64,000 bases of DNA from an uncultured Acidimicrobiia bacterium (GCA_964195315.1 CAXMOZ010000089.1:17086-81085), one strand, 5' to 3'; numbered from the stretch's first letter, positions 1-9,476 are shown. The notes: generated from the letters alone by a model not told the origin. A program made the numbers and translations.

Positions 1-582
1 ACTAATATAGGGTCATCCTGGCACACAGACCATAGTTATGATCAGATTCCAGCGATGGGTTCTATTTTGTATGCTCGTACTGTGCCTAAGCTAGGAGGCG
101 ATACTTTGTTTGCGAGCATGTATGCAGCTTATGACCATTTATCGGAGGGTATGAAAAACACCCTTCTCGGTATGCGAGCTGAGCACTCCAGTCGGCATGT
201 ATTTGGCGAGGCAGCTTATGCCTATACGGACCAGGAAGACATCAATGACAGGTTAGGGAATAAAGCGAAAGCCACTCAGGATGCAACACACCCAGTTATT
301 ATTAAACATCCTTTGTCGGGTAAACCGGCGTTATATGTTAATGGCGATTTTACGGTTAAATTCGAAGGTTGGAGCCAGTCCGAATCACAACCATTGCTCG
401 ACTATTTATACCAACACGCCAGCCAGAATGAATTCACCTGCCGCTTTCAATGGAGGGGAGGCTCAATAGCAATTTGGGATAACCGAGCGACGCATCATTG
501 TGCGCTGAACGATTATCACGGCGAACGTCGTCTGATGCATCGAATAACAATCGATGGTGAAGCTTTAAATCCAGCGATATAG
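1..582 (+). CDS. TauD/TfdA-family Fe(II)/2-oxoglutarate dioxygenase, 5'-truncated by the window edge
   Basis: Frame is open from base 1 and reads TNIGSSWHTDHSY (HxD iron motif) upstream of the ORF-track start; C-terminal WDNRATHH and RLMHR motifs. Confidence 0.92.
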   Translation, partial: TNIGSSWHTDHSYDQIPAMGSILYARTVPKLGGDTLFASMYAAYDHLSEGMKNTLLGMRAEHSSRHVFGEAAYAYTDQEDINDRLGNKAKATQDATHPVIIKHPLSGKPALYVNGDFTVKFEGWSQSESQPLLDYLYQHASQNEFTCRFQWRGGSIAIWDNRATHHCALNDYHGERRLMHRITIDGEALNPAI

Positions 583-601
583 CTCCGAGAGTCCATTATT
601 A

Positions 602-1870
602 ATGACACCAAATATAAAGCTCGGGGCGAGTCAACCGGGTGCAGTCGTTGCTTTTGTGCTCGGTGCCCTTTTTTTCGGCTATGCCTTTATTCAGCGCGTC
701 TCACCAAGTGTGATGACAGCCGAGTTGATGAGTGAGTTTGCGGTGGGTGCGACGGCTTTAGGTTCGTTATCAGCCTTTTATTTTTATACCTACGCATCCA
801 TTCAATTACCGGTTGGAATGCTCACCGATCGCTTTGGCCCTCGTAAGTTAATGAGCTTTGCGGCTGGGTTATGCGCTTTTGCTTCACTTGGTTTTGCTTT
901 AAGTGATTCAATTATTAGCGCCTCGATTGGACGAGCATTAATCGGTGGCACTGTCGCCTTTGCCTTCGTCGGTACTTTGTCTATCGCGAGTTACTGGTTT
1001 AGTGCCAGACGTTATGCGCTATTGGCAGGCTTACTACAATCAGTCGGTATGTGCGGTGCTATATTTGGCCAGGCACCATTGCGCCACCTAGTTGAGTCAG
1101 TTGGTTGGCGGGGTTCTATGATGGTGCTCGCGGGGGCCGCTATACTGCTGTCAATTTTGCTATTTTTATTGGTGCCTCGTCGTTCGGCCGATCAACTCGG
1201 TGTCTCGGGACAAAGTAAAATACTCGAGGGTTTAAAATTGATAGCAGGCAATAAACAAACCTGGATTTGCGCGCTCATCGGTTTCGGAATGGCCTCCATT
1301 ATGCTCGGCTTTGGCGGACTTTGGTCTGTGCCCTGGTTGACCACCGTTCACGGTTATTCGACGGTTGAAGCGGCTGGTATAACCTCGATGATATTTGTTG
1401 GTTGGGCAATATTTTCACCCATTGTTGGTTGGCTGTCCGATAAGATTGGTCGACGTAACCCAATTATGATGATGGGTTCTTTATTGTGTCTGACCGCATT
1501 TGCCAGTCTCATATTTTACACCCCTGATAACACTGCTATGATTATGTGGCTTATTTTTCTGACAGGTGCTGGTGGTAGTGCCATGACCGCAGGTTTTAGC
1601 TCAGTACGAGAACTAAATCACCCCAGCTTTAGCAGTACTGCACTGGGCTTAATGAATATGTTCATTGTTGGTGCAGGTGCAGTGATGCAGCCGCTTATTG
1701 GCTGGTTACTCGATAAGCATTGGGATGGAGTACTGGCTAATGGTGCCAGGGTTTATTCCGATCAGGCCTTCACAACCGCATTAACCAGTTTGCTTGTAGT
1801 AACCTTTATGGCGTTTATCGCGACATTTCTACTACGTGAAACTTATTGCAAACAATTAGACTTTGAATGA
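602..1870 (+). CDS. MFS transporter
   Basis: About 12 hydrophobic segments; motif A-like GMLTDRFGPRK and GWLSDKIGRR. Confidence 0.92.
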   Translation: MTPNIKLGASQPGAVVAFVLGALFFGYAFIQRVSPSVMTAELMSEFAVGATALGSLSAFYFYTYASIQLPVGMLTDRFGPRKLMSFAAGLCAFASLGFALSDSIISASIGRALIGGTVAFAFVGTLSIASYWFSARRYALLAGLLQSVGMCGAIFGQAPLRHLVESVGWRGSMMVLAGAAILLSILLFLLVPRRSADQLGVSGQSKILEGLKLIAGNKQTWICALIGFGMASIMLGFGGLWSVPWLTTVHGYSTVEAAGITSMIFVGWAIFSPIVGWLSDKIGRRNPIMMMGSLLCLTAFASLIFYTPDNTAMIMWLIFLTGAGGSAMTAGFSSVRELNHPSFSSTALGLMNMFIVGAGAVMQPLIGWLLDKHWDGVLANGARVYSDQAFTTALTSLLVVTFMAFIATFLLRETYCKQLDFE

Positions 1871-1879
1871 GTTTGAACT

Positions 1880-3595
1880 ATGGATATTCCACACCTTGAA
1901 TCGACCCAGTTAACCATCGATGATTGTCGCCGACTCACTGGCCCGTCGTTAGTATGGGATAAAACTGGTGCCATACTCGATGTTTTAATCGAGGGCAGGG
2001 ATATGGATGACGTGCTGACATGTTGGTATCGTCATATTAATAATTTGCTCGTGTCGATTAACTGGGCAGAGCCCAATTTGACGCATCGACGTTATGAGAA
2101 CGGTTTTAATTTACTTTTAGCCGCGCCAATCGACCAGCTTTACTCGGCAACGATCGTGCTCGAAACAGCCTGGTATTTTTGTAGCTGTGAAGTGCTTGTG
2201 AAGCCTGTGGATAGTCAGGCGCAATTAATTCAGGCAGTTCGAGATAGCATGCAATCTGAACAATTCCCCGAGTCGATTCAGTTACAACAAGCTGCTAAAG
2301 AACAATGTGTTGATTTTTTGATTGATGACGAATTGATTTCAGTAGGCCATGGCGAAGGTTGTATTCAATGGTCAGTGGATGAGTTACCCGAACCAAATCA
2401 AGTTGACTGGACTGCGGTTCATGATGTCCCTGTTGCGCTAGTGACTGGTACCAATGGAAAGTCGACGAGCGTGCGTATTCTAGATGAAATTGCACGAGCG
2501 GCAGGTCGAGTGTCGGGTGTTACTTCAACCGATTTTGTGCGTGTTGGTGATGACGTGTTAGACCGAGGCGATTACTCTGGGCCAGGCGGCGCGCGTTTAC
2601 TGTTACGCGATAGACGTTTACAGGTCGCATTTTTGGAAGTAGCCCGTGGTGGTATATTACGGCGTGGTTTGCCATTACAACGAGCGAGTGCCGCTTTAAT
2701 TACCAATGTCAGTTCCGATCATCTCGGTCAGTATGGCGTCAATACGCTTGAAGCTTTAATCGAAACTAAATTTGCAGTAAGGCATTCGATTACGGATCAC
2801 GCTATGCTGGTAGTGAACGCCGATGATGGTGGTATTGTTGACTACATGAGCAGTCACCCGCGTAACAACGTTTGCTGGTTTAGCCTTGACAAAAACAACA
2901 CCAAAATACAGCAACAATTTGAAAGCAATGGATGTTGCAGTTTTGCCGATAAAGATGAATTGTTTTACTTTGATGGGGATACCATTTCGTCGGTCTGCCG
3001 CATTGATAGTATTCCCATGACGATGAATGGTGCGGCCGTACATAATGTGCGTAATGCATTGGGTGCGATCGGTGTTTCAATCTTCATGGGGTTTTCTATC
3101 GACAATATTCGTCAAGGGTTAACTGAATTTCAAAGTGATGCGAGCGATAACCCAGGGCGACTCAATAGTTTTGAGTTGAAAAATGGGGCTCGAGTGATTG
3201 TAGATTTTGCACACAATGCGCATAGTGTTCAGGCAGTGACTGATACGATTAAACGTCTACCGGCAAAGCATAAATGGGTATTGTGTGGTTCGGCTGGCGA
3301 TCGGTCTGATTCGGATATTCAAGCTATAGCGCAGGGCGTTTGTTCGGTGCAACCGGATCACGTCATTATCGCTGAGGTTGAAGATTACTTACGCGGTCGG
3401 GTGCCGGGTGAAGTTGGCGATATTATGAAGCAGGTCTGTCTGGAGAGTGGGCTAAGTGATTCACAGATTCACTTTGCCAAGTCTCCATTAGCTGGGGTTT
3501 CCTTTGCTTTGTCTGAGATGGCTGAGCAGGACTTGGGGTTGTTTCTAGTCTTAGATGAGCGCGACGAAGTGATTGAATTAATTAGGGTATCTTGA
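1880..3595 (+). CDS. Mur-ligase-family protein with cyanophycin-synthetase-like N-terminus, no ATP-grasp domain
   Basis: P-loop VTGTNGKSTS, LEVARGGILRRGL, TNVSSDHLG, PGRLN, DFAHNA; N-terminal RRLTGPSLVW resembles the CphA N-domain start. Confidence 0.75.
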   Translation: MDIPHLESTQLTIDDCRRLTGPSLVWDKTGAILDVLIEGRDMDDVLTCWYRHINNLLVSINWAEPNLTHRRYENGFNLLLAAPIDQLYSATIVLETAWYFCSCEVLVKPVDSQAQLIQAVRDSMQSEQFPESIQLQQAAKEQCVDFLIDDELISVGHGEGCIQWSVDELPEPNQVDWTAVHDVPVALVTGTNGKSTSVRILDEIARAAGRVSGVTSTDFVRVGDDVLDRGDYSGPGGARLLLRDRRLQVAFLEVARGGILRRGLPLQRASAALITNVSSDHLGQYGVNTLEALIETKFAVRHSITDHAMLVVNADDGGIVDYMSSHPRNNVCWFSLDKNNTKIQQQFESNGCCSFADKDELFYFDGDTISSVCRIDSIPMTMNGAAVHNVRNALGAIGVSIFMGFSIDNIRQGLTEFQSDASDNPGRLNSFELKNGARVIVDFAHNAHSVQAVTDTIKRLPAKHKWVLCGSAGDRSDSDIQAIAQGVCSVQPDHVIIAEVEDYLRGRVPGEVGDIMKQVCLESGLSDSQIHFAKSPLAGVSFALSEMAEQDLGLFLVLDERDEVIELIRVS

Positions 3596-3731
3596 TTTTG
3601 TTGTTCCTTTAAATAGCGGGGACTAGTGACTTGTTATTTGTAAAGGTCTGTCCTTAGGTTTTCTAACCCCTCGATCTTGTCTCGGCGAGAGATTAGCAAT
3701 GAGGGAATCGTTGTGCATCACTGTGATTAAA

Positions 3732-4319
3732 TCAGGGCGTTTTTTTACCCGTAATACCTGCGGTTAATACAAATCGCATTGCTTCATTCATACTCATTTT
3801 ACAGGGGCTAATCCTGTCGAGCGGTACTAGTAATGTAAAGCCACCAACCATGTAACTCATCGGTATATAGACCAACGCAGTTTCTGGTTTTTGGAAAGCA
3901 TCTGGTAACCGATTAATATCTTCCTGAGTGATAAAACCGATCACTTCCAAACCATCAATGTTGACGATTACAACCTGACCAAAGCCCTTTTTCTTTGGTG
4001 AAAAGAAGTCAGACAGATCATGCATGATACGATAAATGGTATTCACTAATGGTAGTTTGTAGAGAATTCGCTCACCAAATGCAAAAACCTGTCGCACAAA
4101 AATAGCTCTCATCATTAGACCAACCAGAAATATGATAGCCAGTCCCACAATGGTGCCCAGACCTGGAAAATAAATCGCCCAGGGGAACGCCCATTGTAAA
4201 GCGCCACCCATGATTTTCTCTGCTGAAACGGCTAACCAATACAGTAGGTATACCGTCAAAACCACGGGTAATAAAGTGATTAATCCTGTGAGTAGGGTTG
4301 CACTAATAGATTTGAACAT
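3732..4319 (-). CDS. DUF502 domain membrane protein
   Basis: GLITLLPVVLT N-terminal TM, KLPLVNTIY, VYIPMSYMVGGF, MNEAMRFVLTAG. Confidence 0.85.
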   Translation of the reverse strand: MFKSISATLLTGLITLLPVVLTVYLLYWLAVSAEKIMGGALQWAFPWAIYFPGLGTIVGLAIIFLVGLMMRAIFVRQVFAFGERILYKLPLVNTIYRIMHDLSDFFSPKKKGFGQVVIVNIDGLEVIGFITQEDINRLPDAFQKPETALVYIPMSYMVGGFTLLVPLDRISPCKMSMNEAMRFVLTAGITGKKTP

Positions 4320-4477
4320 TGCCAGAAAACCTTTAACTAAACACGATCAGTATTCACACTTATATCGTCTCTGACCAGAGGTATTTTAAAACTTATAGGT
4401 CTTTCTAATAACGATTCATTTTTGTATTTCACAATAGATGAAAAGCAGGTCATCCTTCAAACTTATCGATCAGTTAT

Positions 4478-4623
4478 GTAGGCCGGAAAAGCGAAGCGCC
4501 TTCCGACAGGCGCTCATCAACGTTGTATGCAATCGACTATTACGAGTATTGTCCTATAGTTTAACTAGGTGGGTGTTGGCAAGTTGGTAACGCCTGATGG
4601 CGCCTATGGCTTATCAGACCTGC
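4478..4623. repeat. REP-doublet (REPIN/BIME-like) element, copy 1
   Basis: GTAG-footed hairpin GTAGGCCGGAAAAGCGAAGCGCCTTCCGAC facing an inverted GCAGGTCTGATAAGCCATAGGCGCCATCAGGC; related copy at 31370-31502. Confidence 0.7.
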
Positions 4624-4717
4624 ATTGATACATCGCTATCAAGGCTGAATAGCTAAGCGGGTAAACCTTTGTAAGAGATCGGTGAACACCACACGAGAAT
4701 CGGCAGTTGCCTAAAGC

Positions 4718-5641
4718 TCAATAGCCAATCAGGCCATTAATATGAGCTGCAACACTGCGTCCGAGTGAGCTTAAATCGTAGCCACCTTCGAGCACAGATA
4801 CGATGCGGCCCTTACTATGTTGTTTTGCGACTGCGCGCAGTTGTTCACTTACCCATCGATAGTCATTATCGTAAAGGCGGACTTGTGACATATCATCTTC
4901 GGCGTGTGCATCAAAGCCAGCGGATATGAAAATCATTTCAGGTTTAAACGCATTGAGTGCTGGCAGCCATCGGTCGGTTATTACTTGACGAAACTCATTG
5001 CTACTGGCGCTAGCATCAAGCGGTGTATTAATAATATTAGCTGATGTTGGTTCTGTGCCGGAGAAGGGATAAAACGGGTGTTGAAAACTTGAGCAAAATA
5101 AAACATTCGGCTCATCGGTAAATATATCTTCGGTGCCATTGCCGTGGTGGACATCAAAATCGACAATCGCAACCCGAGACAATTGATAATGTTGACGTGC
5201 ATAGGCAGCTGCGATAGCAATATTATTAAAAAAACAAAAGCCCATCGCGCTTTTTCTTTCAGCGTGATGTCCGGGTGGACGAGTGGCACAAAATGCGACT
5301 TTTAGTTCCTCTTTCATTACCAGGTCAACGGCCTGCACGGCAGCCCCGGCTGCGTGCAGTGCAGCCGATAAAGTATGGGGATTCATAACTGCGTCTTCGC
5401 CAATTTGGGCATAGCCTTCGCTGGGGGCATTGTCAAAAATATATGCGATATAGGCAGGGTCATGCACTAAACCTAGCAACTTTCGGTCAATCGGAATGGC
5501 GTCGTATTGTCGGGTCACAAAATCAAGCCCAGAGCTAATTAATTGATTTTGAATCGCAGGCAAACGATCAGGTGATTCGGGGTGGTGCTCTCCCATGTCA
5601 TGGGCCTGACACGCAAAATGGCTAATAATTCCAACTGACAT
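4718..5641 (-). CDS. Histone-deacetylase-family (AcuC/HDAH-like) Zn-dependent deacetylase
   Basis: RPPGHH, GFCFFNN, DFDVHHGNGT, SAGFDAH, LEGGY motifs. Confidence 0.95.
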   Translation of the reverse strand: MSVGIISHFACQAHDMGEHHPESPDRLPAIQNQLISSGLDFVTRQYDAIPIDRKLLGLVHDPAYIAYIFDNAPSEGYAQIGEDAVMNPHTLSAALHAAGAAVQAVDLVMKEELKVAFCATRPPGHHAERKSAMGFCFFNNIAIAAAYARQHYQLSRVAIVDFDVHHGNGTEDIFTDEPNVLFCSSFQHPFYPFSGTEPTSANIINTPLDASASSNEFRQVITDRWLPALNAFKPEMIFISAGFDAHAEDDMSQVRLYDNDYRWVSEQLRAVAKQHSKGRIVSVLEGGYDLSSLGRSVAAHINGLIGY

Positions 5642-5659
5642 AGTGTTTGCTCGGTTATC

Positions 5660-7507
5660 TCAAATGCTTTCTGATAGCAAAAGTTCGAGATTCACTTCCT
5701 GAAAGTCGTCACTCGGTATACGTTCGAATCCGTTATGTTTAAATACAGCAATCATGGGTAGATTATCACTGCGGACAAAGGCCAATACTTTATCAAGCTT
5801 GCGGATCCGAGCGATTCGAATCATTTCCGATAACAACGTTTTTGCCATCCCCATCCCGCGTTTGCTTTCTTTGATTACAAAGGCAACTTCGCAGCAATTG
5901 TCGGCAGGGATGAAGTAGTAGCGCCCGACGGCCTGGATGGTTTCTTCATCATAGTCTTGATCGGTAAAACAAAGTGCAAGGTCTTTATGTTGATCGACAC
6001 TGACCAGGCTGCATGACTTCTCTCGACTCATTTGGGTGATGTTATAATTGTAACGCAGCAGTAAGGTTTCCTTGCTATGTGAATAGAAAAACTCCTGTAG
6101 CTTGCGTTCATCAGCGGGGTGTAATGGTCTGAGTGTATATTCGACATCTCCGAAGGTATATTTTTTGAATTCAACTGCACCCAGTTCGGGTACTGATGTT
6201 GGTGAGTCTTCCTGGTATTCGGGTACCCAGTAGTGTTTTCTAACATCGTTCAATAGCTGTGACCTGAACTTTGGGTGCGCGACTCGAATGAGCTCGAGTG
6301 CTCGTTCACGGATAGACTTACCCCGCAGGTTGGCAATGCCGTATTCGGTGACAACGTAGTGGACGTGTCCTCTTGATGTGACAACACCCGCACCTTCGGT
6401 TAAGTGCGTAACAATCTTTGAAATGCTGCCATTGTGAGTGGTCGATTGCAACGCGATAATAGGTTTGCCACCACGACTTAATGAGGCGCCTCGAATAAAG
6501 TCAACCTGACCGCCAATACCACTAAAAAATTGATAGCCTATAGAATCTGCCACCACCTGGCCCGACAGGTCAATTTCAATTGCGCTGTTAATTGAAACCA
6601 TGTTGTCATTACGGGCGATATTGACAGGGGAGTTAACCACTTGTGAAGGATGGAATTCAATGTGAGGGTTGCCATCAACAAAGTCATACAATTGTTTTGA
6701 TCCCATGCAAAACGTGGTAACTGTTTTACCGGGATTATAGGTTTTACGGCGATTATTAATCACACCCTTTTTCATCAAATCGATAATGCCATCAGATATC
6801 ATTTCGCTGTGAATACCTAAATCTTTATGGTTACAAAGATAACGCAAAGCAGCGTCAGGAATTTTGCCAATACCCAACTGTAAGGTGGAGCCATTATCGA
6901 CTAGCATTGAAACATACTGTCCGATTTGCTCAGTAACCTTGTCGTATTGTGCTGGTGGTAACTCAGGTAAAACTTGCTCCTGTTGTATCCAGGCAGTAAT
7001 TTGATTGACGTGAATAAACGATTGACCATTAGTCCGCGGCATTTTCGTGTTGACCTGTGCCACAACATATTTAGCATGTTTCACCGCCGCCGACACGATA
7101 TCGACACTAACGCCGAGCGAACAGTAGCCATATTCATCTGCCGGGCTCACCATTACCAAAGCCACATCGAGCGGTAAAACATTATCCTCGAATAAGCTGG
7201 AAATTTCAGACAGGAAGCAGGGGGTGTAATCGGCACGTCCCTCCGCAATGGCTTCGCGCACATTTTTTCCGCCAATGAAGAGGGTATTCACCTTGAACAG
7301 CTCTTGATGTTCTGGCTTAGCCCAAATATTGTCTGATAGCGTTAAAATATGGACGACTTCAATATCGCGCAGGTTTTGATGGTTATCAATTAGGTCTTCG
7401 ATGAGTGCATTTGGAACGGCGGCATTTGAACCAATGAAGATTCGATTACCGGATTTTAGTAATGATTGCCAATCGATCAGCGAATCATCACCTGGCTTTG
7501 ATAACAC
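5660..7507 (-). CDS. Acetyl-CoA hydrolase/CoA-transferase fused to a C-terminal GNAT acetyltransferase
   Basis: LQLGIGKIP, GIHSEM (catalytic Glu), SGIGGQVDF, VVTEYGIANLRG; C-terminal EVAFVIKESKRGMGMAK acetyl-CoA-binding motif. Confidence 0.9.
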   Translation of the reverse strand: MLSKPGDDSLIDWQSLLKSGNRIFIGSNAAVPNALIEDLIDNHQNLRDIEVVHILTLSDNIWAKPEHQELFKVNTLFIGGKNVREAIAEGRADYTPCFLSEISSLFEDNVLPLDVALVMVSPADEYGYCSLGVSVDIVSAAVKHAKYVVAQVNTKMPRTNGQSFIHVNQITAWIQQEQVLPELPPAQYDKVTEQIGQYVSMLVDNGSTLQLGIGKIPDAALRYLCNHKDLGIHSEMISDGIIDLMKKGVINNRRKTYNPGKTVTTFCMGSKQLYDFVDGNPHIEFHPSQVVNSPVNIARNDNMVSINSAIEIDLSGQVVADSIGYQFFSGIGGQVDFIRGASLSRGGKPIIALQSTTHNGSISKIVTHLTEGAGVVTSRGHVHYVVTEYGIANLRGKSIRERALELIRVAHPKFRSQLLNDVRKHYWVPEYQEDSPTSVPELGAVEFKKYTFGDVEYTLRPLHPADERKLQEFFYSHSKETLLLRYNYNITQMSREKSCSLVSVDQHKDLALCFTDQDYDEETIQAVGRYYFIPADNCCEVAFVIKESKRGMGMAKTLLSEMIRIARIRKLDKVLAFVRSDNLPMIAVFKHNGFERIPSDDFQEVNLELLLSESI

Positions 7508-7562
7508 GAGGCGCTTCCTTTTGATGGCTTATAGGTAGTTGTTAAACGTTTTAGTTTAAACA

Positions 7563-7611
7563 TTAACTGATAATAACAAAGATCTAGCAGCCAAGTGTTG
7601 ATAAAAATCAA
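7563..7611 (-). promoter_or_regulatory. FNR/ANR-type class II promoter for the CoA-transferase-GNAT/deacetylase genes
   Basis: Perfect TTGAT-AAAA-ATCAA at 7598-7611; minus-strand extended -10 TG-T-TATTAT at 7578-7570; the box is centred at -41.5 if +1 is 7563. Confidence 0.75.
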
Positions 7612-7726
7612 CTGAGTATCATAAATAGTACTGCTTTTTTAGCTGGCTTTAGCTCAGGACCATCTCTTCAAACTTGGTGATTTTTGTTTTGTCGGTTTAG
7701 TGAATATTAGTACCGCATCGACAAAC

Positions 7727-8143
7727 TTATACCGACGTCGGCTCATTCAATTCAATCACATAACCATTTGGATCTTTAAAAAAAGCAATTACCCTTGTCC
7801 CCGCATTCATAGGGCCGGGCTCTCTGATACATTCAACGCCTTCCGATTTAAGATACTCAGCTGTTGCGTAAACATCGGATACCTTCAGCGCGAAATGCCC
7901 CCATGCGTTACCCATATCATAAGGTTCTGTCTGATCCCAATTGTAGGTCATTTCTATCGATGTGCCCTCATCTTCTCCTTGATAACCTACAAAGGTATTC
8001 GTGAATTGGCCATCAGGATATTCGTTTTGGCGCAGGATTTTCATACCGAGAACCCGAGTATAAAAGTCCATGGTCTTATCCTGGTCAAACACGCGGATCA
8101 TTGTATGGTCGAGACGAAAGTCTGGTTTTGTAATTGGATTCAT
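7727..8143 (-). CDS. gloA: Lactoylglutathione lyase (glyoxalase I)
   Basis: DHTMIRV, FYTRVLGM, IEMTYNWD, YDMGNAWGHFA, FFKDPNGYVIEL. Confidence 0.9.
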   Translation of the reverse strand: MNPITKPDFRLDHTMIRVFDQDKTMDFYTRVLGMKILRQNEYPDGQFTNTFVGYQGEDEGTSIEMTYNWDQTEPYDMGNAWGHFALKVSDVYATAEYLKSEGVECIREPGPMNAGTRVIAFFKDPNGYVIELNEPTSV

Positions 8144-8178
8144 TTTGCTCTCTTTAATATAATTGGAGGGTTATTTTG

Positions 8179-9300
8179 TCAGGTCAGGCCAGGGCGGATT
8201 GCATTCGCTACCAGTTCCTGAAATTTCCTGACACTGATTTCCCAGTAGGGAGATAATACGCCACCTGATGCTGCCAAATGTGAGTGACGCCCTATTTGTA
8301 AGCGCTCACCCATCTCGTGATCTTCGAGGTGCACACTATGCCATAATTTTTTAAGCCCCTGAATTTGGTCGTCACTATATTGGGAATCTTTGTGGACATA
8401 GATCACCCGATATTGAACAGTAGTGCCAGCATTAATCGGAACATTTAAATGGATACCAAGTTGATCAGGCTGATAGGTGCCCATCACAAAGTTTGGGAAG
8501 AGTGACAGGTATCTCGATGTGACGCCCAGAGTGCCTTGCCCGGCTCTGGCCACTTGTTCATCAGATAAGTCGACTGCGCTGCCAAGGCAATTACCTTCAA
8601 CAATCGCATAATGATTTTTGAGCGGCTGACTTGTCGTGGCTTTATGGACGAACTGCACATGGTATGGCTCTATGAAGTTTTCCATTAACAACTTCCAGTT
8701 ACAGGCAACTTCACCAAATTCAACCATGGCGACTGGTCTGTATTGAGTAACATCGTTATCACCAAGTATTTTTTTGAGCGGTTTCACAAAGTCGTCAAAT
8801 GGCTCTGCATTTGAGTCAAGGTTGATGAAAACCCAGTCGTGCCAAACCTCGCAATCAATTGTTGCTAAACCATTGTCTTTTAGATCAAACCCTTCGCAGG
8901 GTTGCGTAGCTTCGCCACCAAAGAAAGGGGCGTTTTTAAGATTACCAGCGAGATCGTAACTCCAGCTATGGTAAGGACAGCGAATCATGCGACCGCAGTT
9001 TGAGGCTTCAGACACTAATTGCAGGTTTCGATGCCGACACACATTGTGAAAGGCTTTGATCTCATGGTTTTCATTGCGAATTAAAAAGATGGGCTGCCCC
9101 GCAATTGTTAGCGGTTGAATATCACCTGGCTTGGGAAGTTGATGGGCGAACCCGCTAAAGGTCCATGATTTGGCAAACAGGTATTCGTCTTCTAACTGTT
9201 TAAATGCGTCGCTGATATAGGCTGCGCTGGGCAGCCCGTGCTTGGGTGCGCTATCGCTATCAAACTCGTCCAGTAGGTCCGTACTCAAAACTTGGTTCAT
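8179..9300 (-). CDS. Rieske non-heme iron oxygenase alpha subunit (choline-monooxygenase-like group)
   Basis: CRH...CPYH Rieske ligands; NWKLLMENFIEPYH..FVH and LED mononuclear iron ligands. Confidence 0.92.
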   Translation of the reverse strand: MNQVLSTDLLDEFDSDSAPKHGLPSAAYISDAFKQLEDEYLFAKSWTFSGFAHQLPKPGDIQPLTIAGQPIFLIRNENHEIKAFHNVCRHRNLQLVSEASNCGRMIRCPYHSWSYDLAGNLKNAPFFGGEATQPCEGFDLKDNGLATIDCEVWHDWVFINLDSNAEPFDDFVKPLKKILGDNDVTQYRPVAMVEFGEVACNWKLLMENFIEPYHVQFVHKATTSQPLKNHYAIVEGNCLGSAVDLSDEQVARAGQGTLGVTSRYLSLFPNFVMGTYQPDQLGIHLNVPINAGTTVQYRVIYVHKDSQYSDDQIQGLKKLWHSVHLEDHEMGERLQIGRHSHLAASGGVLSPYWEISVRKFQELVANAIRPGLT

Positions 9301-9302
9301 GG

Positions 9303-9420
9303 CGTAATAGTCCCGCTGAATTGCCTTAACATTAATATCTACGTAATTTATTCCTTAATTCGTAATAAATCCATACTATTGTTACGGTATAAGTAAATAA
9401 ATTCTTGATTAATGCGTAAT
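9303..9420. promoter_or_regulatory. Divergent control region with repeated CGTAAT motif (candidate Lrp/AsnC operator array)
   Basis: CGTAAT at 9303, 9342, 9361, 9415 and inverted CGTAAC (gttacg) at 9381 in an AT-rich spacer. Confidence 0.45.
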
Positions 9421-9476
9421 GCATATTTATGATTGCTAGGACTTTAGATGAATTGATGGCAGGATTGAGGAATTAT

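Noticed and set aside
7700-8221. 173-aa plus-strand ORF
   Set aside because: Antisense shadow of gloA; no recognisable motifs
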